43,136 nucleotides of DNA from Octopus bimaculoides (GCF_001194135.2 NC_068989.1:91705483-91748618); one strand, 5' to 3'. Counted from the stretch's first letter, positions 22,780 to 34,832 are shown. Numbers and translations: made by a program. Notes: generated by a model from the letters alone, not told the origin.

Positions 22780-23330
22780 TGTGTGTGTGTGTGTGTTGTT
22801 TTGCATACAACTTGCACATGCAAATGCTACCAATAGAAAGTTCCACATACCGGAAGCCAACAACTGTATGGAGTCATCTAGAGAGAATGCGTGCAGTTTT
22901 GGGGCCTACCTCTCGACGGTATCATTGTGTACCGGCCCCCCTTCACTGATATGAGTCTCCGCTTGTTAGATGAATTGGTTATCAAATGAAGTTCATTATT
23001 CTCCTAGCCATTGCTCATCGTCTCTTTTTGAACCAAATCCAGTGGCTAGCCTTTTCCATTGTAGTTTGGATATCACTCGTGGTGCTATTTGCTTTATGAT
23101 GAGTTAGGCCTAAAGATAACGACAGTTGTCTCACACTGTATCCAACGAATCCTCTACACCCGACTTCGATTGGAAAATGCTACGCTTTCCAGCCTGCGTC
23201 TACACATTCCTCGAGGAGGTTTACATAACGGTCAATCTTTCGAGCTCCAGTGGCGTCCAAGTATATATAAATATTTTTACTATTCTTTTACTATCCCAAG
23301 CGGAAGTGTAAGCTTAATTAGACCGGCTTC
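22780..23330 (-). mobile_element. 3' end of a restriction-like-endonuclease (RLE) LINE, Hero/NeSL-type, with 3' UTR and (CA)n tail
   Basis: Minus frame 23242 to 23015 reads RKIDRYVNLLEECVDAGWKA*HFPIEVGCRGFVGYSVRQLSLSLGL...MEKASHWIWFKKRR*. The RKxxRY, GWK and PIEVGCRGF and ASxWxW motifs are typical of Hero-clade RLE C-termini. In-frame stop at 23180-23182. Confidence 0.8.
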
Positions 23331-25308
23331 AACAAAAGGAGCTGTATGTTCGATGGATATAATTGTAGTAATTTGAGCAAAGCCTAATGCATCCGATGGT
23401 GAGACTCTACGCACGTAATTGAGGACGCGTATACAGGTATGAGATTAGTGGAGGGTGAACTTCTTCCTTTGACACCACTGTTCCCAGATCTGTTCCGGCT
23501 CGGAGCAGTAATGCTTGTCTAGGGCACCAGGTATGTCTCAAATAGCTATAGATGACACCTGAGCACCACATGCAGGACTGGAAGGTGGTATAACTAGGAC
23601 AATGACATGTGTAACTGAGGGCCATCAGTGTGTGCACATGTGCGACTGTTACGCGAAACGGACCCGTTAGCTAAGGGATAAATTGAACCTGTGCACAAAG
23701 GTAAGCTTGAAAGTGCAAGAGGCAAGCAAAGTAAACTGAAATTAGTGCTGTTTCCTCCGCTAGAAAAAAATCATGAAATTTCAGAAATTGGTCCAGAGGT
23801 GTAAGATGGCTGTCAACTATAGAAGGGATTTTCTCTGAGATGAGACTAGAAGGGATATAACCTCTGAGCATTTGAAGACAACCCAATGAAGGCTGATATT
23901 TCACTATCTGAAAAAAAATCGAGTTCTGTTCATCCTGCATTGTTATAAGTCGTACGTTTGTATTCGTAAATGAAACAGAAAATTACTATACATCTACTGT
24001 GATCGTATTATGGGCGTGATACTGAGTGAATGACTATGATGAAACATTAAATTTCTTTCTTTCACAAAAAAGTAGGGGCTTATCTTATGCAAGAGTGCGT
24101 TTAGTAACGGCAAGTACGGTAAGCATTTCTTATCCATTGAGGATCTACTGCAGACATGGATGTGACAATGTAACAATAAAACGACAAATATGTCTTGATT
24201 TAAATAATCTGTAACTGTGAGAGATTTAAGTTCAACTTGATCTTTTGGCGGATTTATAATTAAATATTCGTAGAAGTAATTAAATACAAAATGAAACTTA
24301 AACTGATGCCTCTAAAGTTTCTATGCTACCACCGTCCTTTCTAATATGAATTATAAATCTTCAATTGAATTATTGATTTAATAATTACAATTGCATCCAT
24401 AATAAAATGAAAATTCTTAAACGCACATTTATAGACACACACACATACATACCCATGCATACCCATACATACAACCATACATACATACATACATACATAC
24501 ATACATACATGCAACCATACAACCATACATACACACAAACACACATATATATACATACATATGAATATCTAAATATATATTTATATATGCACAAACACAT
24601 ACATATATGCATGTATATTTATATATTATGTGGTAATAAAAATATATATAACTATATACACATATATCTATGTATGGCTATATTTATGCATGTATACATG
24701 TCCGCACTTATATATGTATATAGAAATTCAGAACTATTTGTTTTAGTCAAATCGNNNNNNNNNNNNNNNNNNNNNNNNNNNNNNNNNNNNNNNNNNNNNN
24801 NNNNNNNNNNNNNNNNNNNNNNNNNNNNNNNNNNNNNNNNNNNNNNNNNNNNNNNNNNNNNNNNNNNNNNNNNNNNNNNNNNNNNNNNNNNNNNNNNNNN
24901 NNNNNNNNNNNNNNNNNNNNNNNNNNNNNNNNNNNNNNNNNNNNNNNNNNNNNNNNNNNNNNNNNNNNNNNNNNNNNNNNNNNNNNNNNNNNNNNNNNNN
25001 NNNNNNNNNNNNNNNNNNNNNNNNNNNNNNNNNNNNNNNNNNNNNNNNNNNNNNNNNNNNNNNNNNNNNNNNNNNNNNNNNNNNNNNNNNNNNNNNNNNN
25101 NNNNNNNNNNNNNNNNNNNNNNNNNNNNNNNNNNNNNNNNNNNNNNNNNNNNNNNNNNNNNNNNNNNNNNNNNNNNNNNNNNNNNNNNNNNNNNNNNNNN
25201 NNNNNNNNNNNNNNNNNNNNNNNNNNNNNNNNNNNNNNNNNNNNNNNNNNNNNNNNNNNNNNNNNNNNNNNNNNNNNNNNNNNNNNNNNNNNNNNNNNNN
25301 NNNNNNNN

Positions 25309-25392
<84 letters not shown>

Positions 25393-25659
25393 GAGATAGA
25401 GAGAAAGAGAAAAGATAAAAAACACAGAAGATTTGTTTAACAGCATTTAAGAGATATACAATTTTGTGCAAAATAAGGTTTGTTCTTTCATCATAATTGA
25501 AGTTATGAACGGGTTCGCACTTCTCATTAAACTCAGAGTTTGCTAGGAGGTGAAAAATCTTGCTTCGGGAGATAATTGTTCACTCATTTATTTTGCATTA
25601 GAAGGGATGTAAATCTGTAATTTTTATATTTTTGCTTTTTTTGTATATGGGGAGAGTCA

Positions 25660-26183
25660 TTCACTTTTAGTGCCTTAGAATTTAACACACTCACCGGTAA
25701 AATCTCCACTTATCTCCTTTATTTTTCTTAAATTTCGTTGCGTCTTGCACCCTTTTCAATTGTTCACTACTTTATTATGGTTTATATCTACCATTAGGTG
25801 GAGTAAGTTCCTATTTAATTCTGCTTATATTTTTGGATAAATGAAGCTTTTTTTTCAGTCTTAGTTGCATTGAGATACAGAAGGCAAGTTGATAAACTGG
25901 GAAAATTAAGAAATGTGGTTGTAATCTTTCTGCACATTCGTCAATATGTTGACTGAGGTATATTTGGCGATATTTTGGGAAAGAAATTTGTTGTCTGTGG
26001 ACCGTACATCTCTTTCGGATCGATTTTTTTCTGTTGAGCCAATATAGTTTCGATGGCAGCTCGAGCATCTGATTACGTAAACGAGATTTTGGGAGGCGAA
26101 GAGAAGTTAGATTTGATTTTGAATATTTGTCCTTGTCTGAAATGGAATTCTGATCCATCCAACAGTTTGGGGCATGTTCCGCA
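25660..26183 (-). mobile_element. Penelope-like element fragment: decayed GIY-YIG endonuclease C-terminus plus 3' flank
   Basis: With about three frameshifts the minus strand reads CGTCPKLLDGSEFHFRQGQIFKIKSNFS/ASQNLVYVIRCSSCHRNYIGST/RKRCTVHRQQISFPKYRQIYLSQHIDECA...FLIFPVYQL/FIQKYK. This matches the PLE pattern CxxC...NxIYxIxCxxC...YIGxT...R..H. Confidence 0.85.
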
Positions 26184-26188
26184 ATTAG

Positions 26189-26253
26189 GGCGGTGCCCCA
26201 GCATGGACACAACTTTGAGCTGAATGTCATTCGTATGTATGTATGTATGTATG
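26189..26253 (+). mobile_element. Extremely 5'-truncated LINE/SINE 3' tail with (TATG)n
   Basis: ggcggtgccccagcatggacacaactttgagctgaa is nearly identical to 26513-26550. Confidence 0.75.
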
Positions 26254-26257
26254 CTCC

Positions 26258-26586
26258 ACCAGTTATTGCAACAGTCTGGGTTTCAGGGAACCACAAAGTT
26301 TTTAATATTCTCCCAAAGAGCCTGAGGAACCTACACAAAGTGGATATAGGTGTTTTCAAATCAAAACTGGATCTCTTCCTGTCGACAGTCTCAGATGATC
26401 CTACCTATGGCAGGAGGCGTAAATGAAGTTAGGACATCAAACACCGTTTTTCATCAGATACCACATATCCACATATCAAAGGAGGCTTTCAATGATTACA
26501 GTGTAGCAAAACGGCGGTGCCCCAGCATGGTCACACCTTTGAGCTGAAACTCATATGTGTGTATGTATGTATGTATGTATGTATGT
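26258..26586 (+). mobile_element. 3' end of a CR1/L2-group LINE (RT C-terminus, 3' UTR, (TATG)n tail)
   Basis: TSYCNSLGFREPQ/FNILPKSLRNLHKVDIGVFKSKLDLFLSTVSDDP matches the LFNxLP...FKxxLDxFL C-terminal motif of CR1-group ORF2. Confidence 0.8.
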
Positions 26587-26697
26587 ATTAATAATAATAA
26601 TAATATGACAACAAAAGAATGAATGAGACCTCGATATTATGTAATTAGAGGAATTTATCTATAAAAATATAACATAGGACAATCAGTTAGTTGTCAT

Positions 26698-26751
26698 AAT
26701 AATACTCAGATTTTCAGATGCCGGGGTTAAAATACATCCTCTTCAGTTGTT
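26698..26751 (-). ncRNA. Type I minimal hammerhead ribozyme candidate (Penelope-pLTR-like)
   Basis: aacaa-CTGAAGA-ggatg[14 nt]catct-GAAA-a tctga g-TA-ttatt. All invariant core bases are present. Stem II has 5 bp and stem I pairs 4/5, with an A.G mismatch at 15.2/16.2. Confidence 0.65.
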
Positions 26752-26911
26752 AAAACAAAAACGCTATGAAAAAAAAAACTGTCGAATAAAGGGAAGTTAC
26801 TCTAATATGCGCAGGAAAAGTAAATAAAAGCAAAAAATGAAAGATATAAAAGTACAACTACGTAAAGATACAAATCTTCGTTCATAAAATCTACATACAT
26901 ACGTATGTATA

Positions 26912-26954
<43 letters not shown>

Positions 26955-27764
26955 CACTCACAAATCGTTACATACACATACACACAGACACACGTAAAGC
27001 ATACAAATGCATTCACATTCGCGCACACGCTCATATTCTTTTCTTATATATTTCTCTGATATTCCATTCGTATAGGCCTTTGTTGGTTCTCTATTTGGCT
27101 TTCCTGTTGAAATTGATAATGGAAAATATTTTGGATAAAATTCGAAGACATGGCTTTTCGTGCAAGAAGCGAAAATTATTGATATCGAAATTATAATGAA
27201 CTAAGAAATAGAATGACCAGAATTGTTGTCGGACTGCTTTGTAAACCATGGCCAGTTTTGGTCAAGCAGATGTATGTTTTATTCCTATTCGACAATGACA
27301 AACTTGCACATTCCTATGTACAGCGAATACCGTGCCCCCATTATCAAATGCACCAGTTTGAAAGACGGTGGAAACAGATTCAACGGATTTGGTTGCTATT
27401 TCTAGCTAACAGAAAAAGCACAAACAAGCCTGCTGACTCGAACATTGTTTTCGTTTTGGTGGTGGTGGCGGCGACGGTATTGCAGTTCATCCCATAATAG
27501 AAAAGGTATTCTTGATGTTCCGTTACCATAATATTTGCAAGCAATGGTTGCTGAACAGCTCTGCTAAAAGGACAAAATCTAAGAATCCGATAAGAGTGAT
27601 CATTGATGCTGAAACAATTAGCTAGAACTAGGGGCCAAACAGCACCTAGCCTCCTTACAATAAAAATTACGCATTGGTTCATTTTGTATAAAATATACAC
27701 AAAAAAACTGTGATAATAAAAATAAAATAACAACAACAGCAATAATAATGATGATGATGATTAT

Positions 27765-27814
<50 letters not shown>

Positions 27815-27824
27815 TAATGATGAT

Positions 27825-28390
27825 AAATGCCTTGATGCAGTACCAGGCAGTGGCTCTCATGGCTTCTGATCTTAACTGATTGGAAGTGTTATCATGTACA
27901 TTGTTTTGTCTTGGTATAAAAGATGGGCTACAGTAAATATTCTGCTCAATTCCATAGATTTGCTTGTCAGTTGTTTGACCGTAGCCATTTGAGCATGTAC
28001 TTTAGTGGCTGATGATATGTGCATCTCTGACCAAGTAGTTGGGGAGCATCATAACCATGTGTTGAGAGAAATTCTTTGGTGTTTTGATAATTCCCCTTTC
28101 GAAACATGGGCGTTTCGTTCAACATCCTTAAACAACCTTTATTCAGGTACCTTTTGCGCGGGGTGGGCTACTCGACCTCACGATAATTTTAACTAGACCC
28201 CCACCTGCAAGGTCATTCACTGTTAATCTTGATATGAAATCACCATGTCGTGCGCATATGGTTGTGAGGCATATACCTGGTGTATCCTTATCAGACGGGT
28301 AGTCATGATGGGCATATGGGCTTCGTATATTTTACCCCAGTGTCACTTTGATGGCATGCACTGCTCTCTAACTCAATAATAATAATAATA
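27825..28390 (+). mobile_element. About 550-bp element embedded in (TAA)n, probable 3' UTR of a microsatellite-targeting LINE (Dong/R4-like)
   Basis: Non-repetitive block flanked on both sides by (AAT)n, ending ...ctctctaactc-(aat)n. No ORF. The clade assignment is inferred from the target only. Confidence 0.45.
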
Positions 28391-28619
28391 AACAGCCCTC
28401 ATTCCCCGCTGCTTCTAGGTAAGTATAGACGGTTAAATCTTATTGCAGAAGTGTTGCAGTCAAAGAACAGTAAAAATGATCACATCCTCAATGTTCCTGC
28501 GAGTCAAATAAGGTAGAAACGAGTGGGCATCTCTATCTGTTCCCGACAAGTAAAGGAAGTAGTTTATGTCCGTTCTGCGAAGCCAAATTCGTTTGCGACA
28601 GATGGGACACTGTGGTGGT

Positions 28620-28620
28620 T

Positions 28621-28671
<51 letters not shown>

Positions 28672-28730
28672 AGCAGCAGCTACTACTACTACAGTTTTTG
28701 TTGCTGCTGCTGCTAATAATAATAATAATA

Positions 28731-28765
<35 letters not shown>

Positions 28766-28846
28766 AATGATGATAATGATGATGATGATGATAGTGACGA
28801 AGACGACGAATCTAGGAATCGGCTGCTGCTGCTGCTGCTGCTGCTG

Positions 28847-28928
<82 letters not shown>

Positions 28929-28950
28929 CGCTGCAGCTGCTGCTGCTGCC
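28620..28950. repeat. Compound trinucleotide tract (TAC/TGC/AGC/AAT/GAT/CTG/CTA/CCA)
   Basis: Direct inspection; explains ORFs 28523 and 28566. Confidence 0.95.
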
Positions 28951-29095
28951 ACTTTTGTGAGTATTTTCATTAATGCGCTCGTTATCTATTACTGAATCCT
29001 GCCCCAGAACAACTACACCCAGATAGAGACAGGCACATGCAAAAACGAAGGAGAGATAAGATGAATTGGAAACAAGAAAGGAAAGTCAGAGAAGA

Positions 29096-29135
<40 letters not shown>

Positions 29136-29404
29136 GGAATGAGCGGAGTGTGGGTGGGGACGGCAATGAGAAGGAATACTTGTTTTTGGTCTTCGTGTAC
29201 AAATGCATTATAACCGTTTTATTTTTGGTGCAGTTCGACGGTTCCCCAAGTACAAGGGAGTCGAACAATATATTGCTGCATATATGTATGCGGAGTTAGA
29301 AGCACACTGGTTCACATGCATACACACACACACGGGTGTGTGTGTGTGTGTATGTATATATACATACGTATATAAGTGCATGCATAAATATATCTGTGTA
29401 TGAG

Positions 29405-29437
<33 letters not shown>

Positions 29438-31818
29438 NNNNNNNNNNNNNNNNNNNNNNNNNNNNNNNNNNNNNNNNNNNNNNNNNNNNNNNNNNNNNNN
29501 NNNNNNNNNNNNNNNNNNNNNNNNNNNNNNNNNNNNNNNNNNNNNNNNNNNNNNNNNNNNNNNNNNNNNNNNNNNNNNNNNNNNNNNNNNNNNNNNNNNN
29601 NNNNNNNNNNNNNNNNNNNNNNNNNNNNNNNNNNNNNNNNNNNNNNNNNNNNNNNNNNNNNNNNNNNNNNNNNNNNNNNNNNNNNNNNNNNNNNNNNNNN
29701 NNNNNNNNNNNNNNNNNNNNNNNNNNNNNNNNNNNNNNNNNNNNNNNNNNNNNNNNNNNNNNNNNNNNNNNNNNNNNNNNNNNNNNNNNNNNNNNNNNNN
29801 NNNNNNNNNNNNNNNNNNNNNNNNNNNNNNNNNNNNNNNNNNNNNNNNNNNNNNNNNNNNNNNNNNNNNNNNNNNNNNNNNNNNNNNNNNNNNNNNNNNN
29901 NNNNNNNNNNNNNNNNNNNNNNNNNNNNNNNNNNNNNNNNNNNNNNNNNNNNNNNNNNNNNNNNNNNNNNNNNNNNNNNNNNNNNNNNNNNNNNNNNNNN
30001 NNNNNNNNNNNNNNNNNNNNNNNNNNNNNNNNNNNNNNNNNNNNNNNNNNNNNNNNNNNNNNNNNNNNNNNNNNNNNNNNNNNNNNNNNNNNNNNNNNNN
30101 NNNNNNNNNNNNNNNNNNNNNNNNNNNNNNNNNNNNNNNNNNNNNNNNNNNNNNNNNNNNNNNNNNNNNNNNNNNNNNNNNNNNNNNNNNNNNNNNNNNN
30201 NNNNNNNNNNNNNNNNNNNNNNNTGTATTTATTTATACATTTTTGCCAGAAATAATTGGTACAGTCACAATATTTGCAAAAGTATTTACTAACTGTTATT
30301 AACTATTGAAAAAAAAAAAAAAAGAAACATTTTAGAAAAATAGATTGACAAACGTCTTGGAATGAAGTTTCCGTATTGTGTGTAAGCGCTTTCTTTGTTC
30401 AGTTTTTCAAACACACGTGTTATTCGGCAATCTGCTCAGAAGAAGTTGTTTTTAGTAGAAGTTATTTTCGATTTAGTTTTGTAGTTACAGTTTTTGTAAT
30501 GAATTCTCCGTTTTGCCTTTCATAGTTGATCGTTTCCTTCGTTAATCTTGAGAAAAGGAAATGTTTTCAATGTATGCAGCTGTCAAGCTGTTCACTATAT
30601 GGAACTTTTCCAAAGAAATAAGTCCTTAATCTGTTATTTGTGATCTCTCTCATACGATAAACGTCTTTTCTTACTGTTTGGCCGACGTTAGATATATTCT
30701 GATATATATATATATATATATAAACTTGTGTACAATCAAGCATAAACTCTTACATATGTTTATGTTTCTTGTTTGTAGCCATCTCAATTAAGAGGAAAAC
30801 AGAGACCATAAATCCGATATGTATTCTTATATAAATATTTGCCGGTGTTTATGACTCAATCTCGCATAAGATGCACCCCCATTTCCCGTGCACATTTAAA
30901 GAAAAGCACAATTATTGGCTTCCTTCATACACCGATTGAAAGATATTTTGAACAAGTTTTGTAGGAATAGGGGAATGTATGAATCGGTACATGTGACAGT
31001 ATATCTGAATACCACGTAGCATTTAAATAATGTTACGACAGACGTGTTTCTCTTCTTTATCATCTTTTAGATCAGGTGTATTGTTGTTTTATTTTGGTCA
31101 AGACAATTATCAGAGAGCATATGAAACTACAATTCTGTTTGTGATGATTTGTGTTACGATGAACATTACCATGGTGACGCACCACTTCAAATGGCTGATA
31201 GACTAATGAAAATTTAACATACCTTCGTCATGCTAGGAGAAACTTCCACTTCAAAAATTGAAAGGAATGTTTCTTCGAGGTATCGCAGTCATTAAATTAT
31301 GTACAACACATCTGTGTAAGTTGAGACAGGAAATATAATAATATGCTGCGACCTCTACGAATAACTGCTCACATAGCGTAAAGAAATTTCCCTCACTTTT
31401 TGCTGACCATCTATGATAATTGGTCTTATTTTCATCATTTTATCAATAGCAATAAATGTTGTGACAAATGGGGCTACGCACTCGGTCTCTCATCCATAAT
31501 ATGGGTGCATGAGACGCAGCACAATTTTTGGATATATTTAAAAATACAAAAGTGCGATATCCACATGCGAAAACTATGCATACATACATCAATACATACA
31601 TACACCTATGTGTGTGTGTGTATTGAGCTCAATGTATTTCCACTACATAGGAATATACAGGGGATAATTTCTTGGTAAAGACCAGGCTCGGTTTTGTAGT
31701 TGATGATTGGAAACGAGTAACTCTGAACCCTGGAAATTGGACCCTTTCAATTGTAATGTATTAAAAAAATACTCAACGTGTGTATTGAGTCCTGCAATTT
31801 ATCGCTTCTGGTGAATCA

Positions 31819-31914
<96 letters not shown>

Positions 31915-31917
<3 letters not shown>

Positions 31918-32125
31918 GGTTGTAAGACGCAGCAAACATTTTGGAAATGTTACCGGTGAGCGTGTTTAGTCATAAGCCACCAAACGAGAATGAAATTTAT
32001 AGGAACACAAGAGACGAAGGCAGTTTTAAGAACAACTAGCGGGTGTATTAGTTTGACACTCGGGAAAATGAAAAAGCATTTTACGTTTCGAGCTTATGCT
32101 CTTCAACAGAAAGGAAAGAGAGAAA
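31915..32125 (-). mobile_element. Penelope-related remnant carrying a hammerhead-like motif (32079-32113)
   Basis: Minus strand reads ttt-ctgttgaa-gagc ataa gctc-gaaac gta-aaa. 31915-31965 is homologous, in inverted orientation, to the Penelope 3' flank at 25686-25755 (cacgctcaccggtaa versus cacactcaccggtaa). Confidence 0.6.
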
Positions 32126-33276
32126 ATAAACAGAGCAAGAATGATAAAAAAAACGTGTATGTCTATATATATATATATATGGATATACATTGTTTTATGT
32201 ATATGTGTATGCAATACATGTATATATACATGCATATATTTACACATACTTAAACATTTTATGTGTGTCGTATCAGAGCCACAAATTAACGTAATGTTCA
32301 AGTGTATACCTCACTTGTGCCTTGGAAAGGTGACAATCAGTTTGCTGGCATTTGTGACTAGACCATGCAGTCTAGACACACACAAAAACCGGCATTTTTG
32401 CGATATTTAAAAATACAATGCTGTTGCATATTGGCCTTGTTACAAAGATGGTTATTACATGGGCCAAGTAGAATGCATTTAAAGCGGCAATCTAAATAGC
32501 GATGTGAACTTTAATCAGTAGCAGATTTGCCCTCTTCTGTTGATTACTCCCCCCACCTGTATGACCGCATCTGTAATTAACCCTAAACGCGGTCCTTGGC
32601 GGATGTTTCTATTATGGTGAGATTTTCTCTTCTCCTTCCCACTTTCCCTTACCGTCATCTGCAATAGATTCTTTCCTCTTACTCTCCCTCTCTCTCTCAT
32701 TCTTTACTTTCCCCTTGTGCTCTTTCACTAACTATCTTCCCCTCACCTTCTTCTCTTACAGTTTCCTTTCCCTGGATTTCTCAATGACCAGATTAATAAT
32801 GCAACCGTTGATTTACGTATTACGGTTAGATAATGGATGTGGTTAATGAAAATGTTGTTGAACAACAGAACACTTCACTTTGTGTCGAGAGTGTGGGATG
32901 GATGGAGGGAATCTCGGAGATGGTAGCAAAGGTGGTGCTTGATTAAACTTTCCTTGATACCACTGATCACCAAATTAAAATTTCCTACATCATTCCATCA
33001 ATTTATCTCCTTTCACTTCCTGTCCCCTTCCTGTCCCCTTCCTGTCAATATGTCCTGTTCTTCGTATATACCTACGTGTATGTATTGCAGGTATATGCGC
33101 ATACACAGACGCAAACACAGTTATACAGACACAGACACACAGACACAAACGCACACACACATATATATGTTCATATATATATATATATATATATGTGTAT
33201 TCATACGTATATGTATTTATATATATATATGTGTGCGTGTGTGTATATGCATTCACATGCATACATACATATATAT

Positions 33277-33308
<32 letters not shown>

Positions 33309-33457
33309 GTACATACATACATATATATATACATACATATATAAACACATATATGCATACATACATAAATGCATAAGTACATATATATACATCCATACAT
33401 ATATATGTATATGTATAAACATACATACCTGAGTGTGTGTGTGTGTGTGTGTGTGCT

Positions 33458-33488
<31 letters not shown>

Positions 33489-33958
33489 TACTGCAAGAGA
33501 GAAACAGCCGTTACGTTGCTGTCCACGACTCACTCACTAGAGAACTTTGATTGATATCTGCTATACGTTTCTAATGAAGTGTTTCATGCCTCATTAACGA
33601 TATCAGAGCGCGATAAGAAATAATAGTTGAGTAGACAATATTTATGAAGTAACTGGACTCCTAGCTGGTGATTTCGTGATTATCGCATTGTTGAAGGAGA
33701 ATTCTTAGTCAAGTCGATTAACTCTACTTGTGAGTAGCTTCCCAGATACTGTTAAGAAATTGTTATTACTATCTTGCTGGGGTTTTTTTTTTTTCACTTT
33801 TAATATTTTTAATCTTCTTTTGGTACTGAACTGCTGGCATTGCATAAAGGGGCGCTGTCTTGACATGCAGATTTTCTGAGGTAAGATAAAGAGGTTGCAG
33901 CCAAAATCTCCGAAGGTTTGAGCACAACTGATTTACATAGCAGAGAGAGAGAAAGAGC

Positions 33959-34032
<74 letters not shown>

Positions 34033-34041
34033 AACAGAATT

Positions 34042-34832
34042 GGCATTAGTACTTCACTGGTATTTTATCTAATTCCACCCGTAAATATTGAAAGACAAAT
34101 TTGATTTCGGCAAGATTTGAACACAGAACAAAGAGTGCTTCAAAAATTATGAGAAGCAGTTTAACGAGTCAGCCTACGTCTTGTCTATGTAGCTGCATAA
34201 TTTATTGTAATTTTAGTCGATTGATTGGTTTCAAATTTTGAGACAAGAACAGCAGGTTCGGGTGAGTTGCAAAGTTGATTACATCAACCTCAGAAGTATT
34301 CATTTTATCGATCTCGAAAAGATGAAAGCCAAAGTTGACCTGGAAAGCATTTTAACACAGATGGTAAAGTTAGAGGAAATGCCGCTAAGTATTATCCCGG
34401 TGCGGCGACGATTCCGCTAGCTCCCCATCTTCACATTAGACGCTATATTGATTTCAAATTTTAGCCCAATGCCGGCATTTCCGGGGAGTGGTAAATCAAT
34501 TAAATCAACCTCAGGGATCAGCTGGTACTTCGATGTAGAAGGATGAAAAGCAAAGTAGACCTCGGCGGAATTTGAACACAGAACGTAAAGACGGACGAAC
34601 AGCATCTTCTCTAACGATTCTTTTTTACTATAGGCAGAAAGCCTGAGATTTTTAGGGAGAGGGTCAGTCAATTAGATCGACCCCAGTACGCAACTGGTAT
34701 TTAATTTATCGACCTCGAAAGGATGAAAGGCAAAGTCGACCTCAGCAGAATTCGAACTCAGAACGTAGTGGCAATCGAAATACCGTTAAGCATTTTGCCC
34801 AGCAGGTTAACGCTTCTGCCAGCTCGTCGTCT
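34042..34832 (-). mobile_element. Four consecutive same-orientation SINE family A copies (about 34042-34135, 34227-34426, 34451-34621, 34622-34832)
   Basis: Each shows the reverse-complement body (ggatgaaag.caaagtcgacctc.gc.gaattcgaactcagaac). The last copy is the least diverged. Confidence 0.8.

Noticed and set aside
23407-23940. Short ORFs resembling transposase or integrase fragments (WLSTIEGIFSEM, QIWEQWCQ)
   Set aside because: The matches are only a few residues long with no ordered motif series.
25735-25770. Possible sense-strand hammerhead in the Penelope 3' flank (ttgaaaag-ggtgc/gcaac-gaaa)
   Set aside because: C3 and G8 are missing and there is no stem I.
27213-27497. Overlapping 60-94 aa ORFs
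   Set aside because: They coincide with a family-D dispersed repeat, with no protein motif.
31071-31280. AG acceptor followed by protein-like text
   Set aside because: Every frame has a stop before a plausible donor.
33560-33610. taatga/tcatta stem followed by gaaacgta on the minus strand
   Set aside because: No CUGANGA at the correct position.
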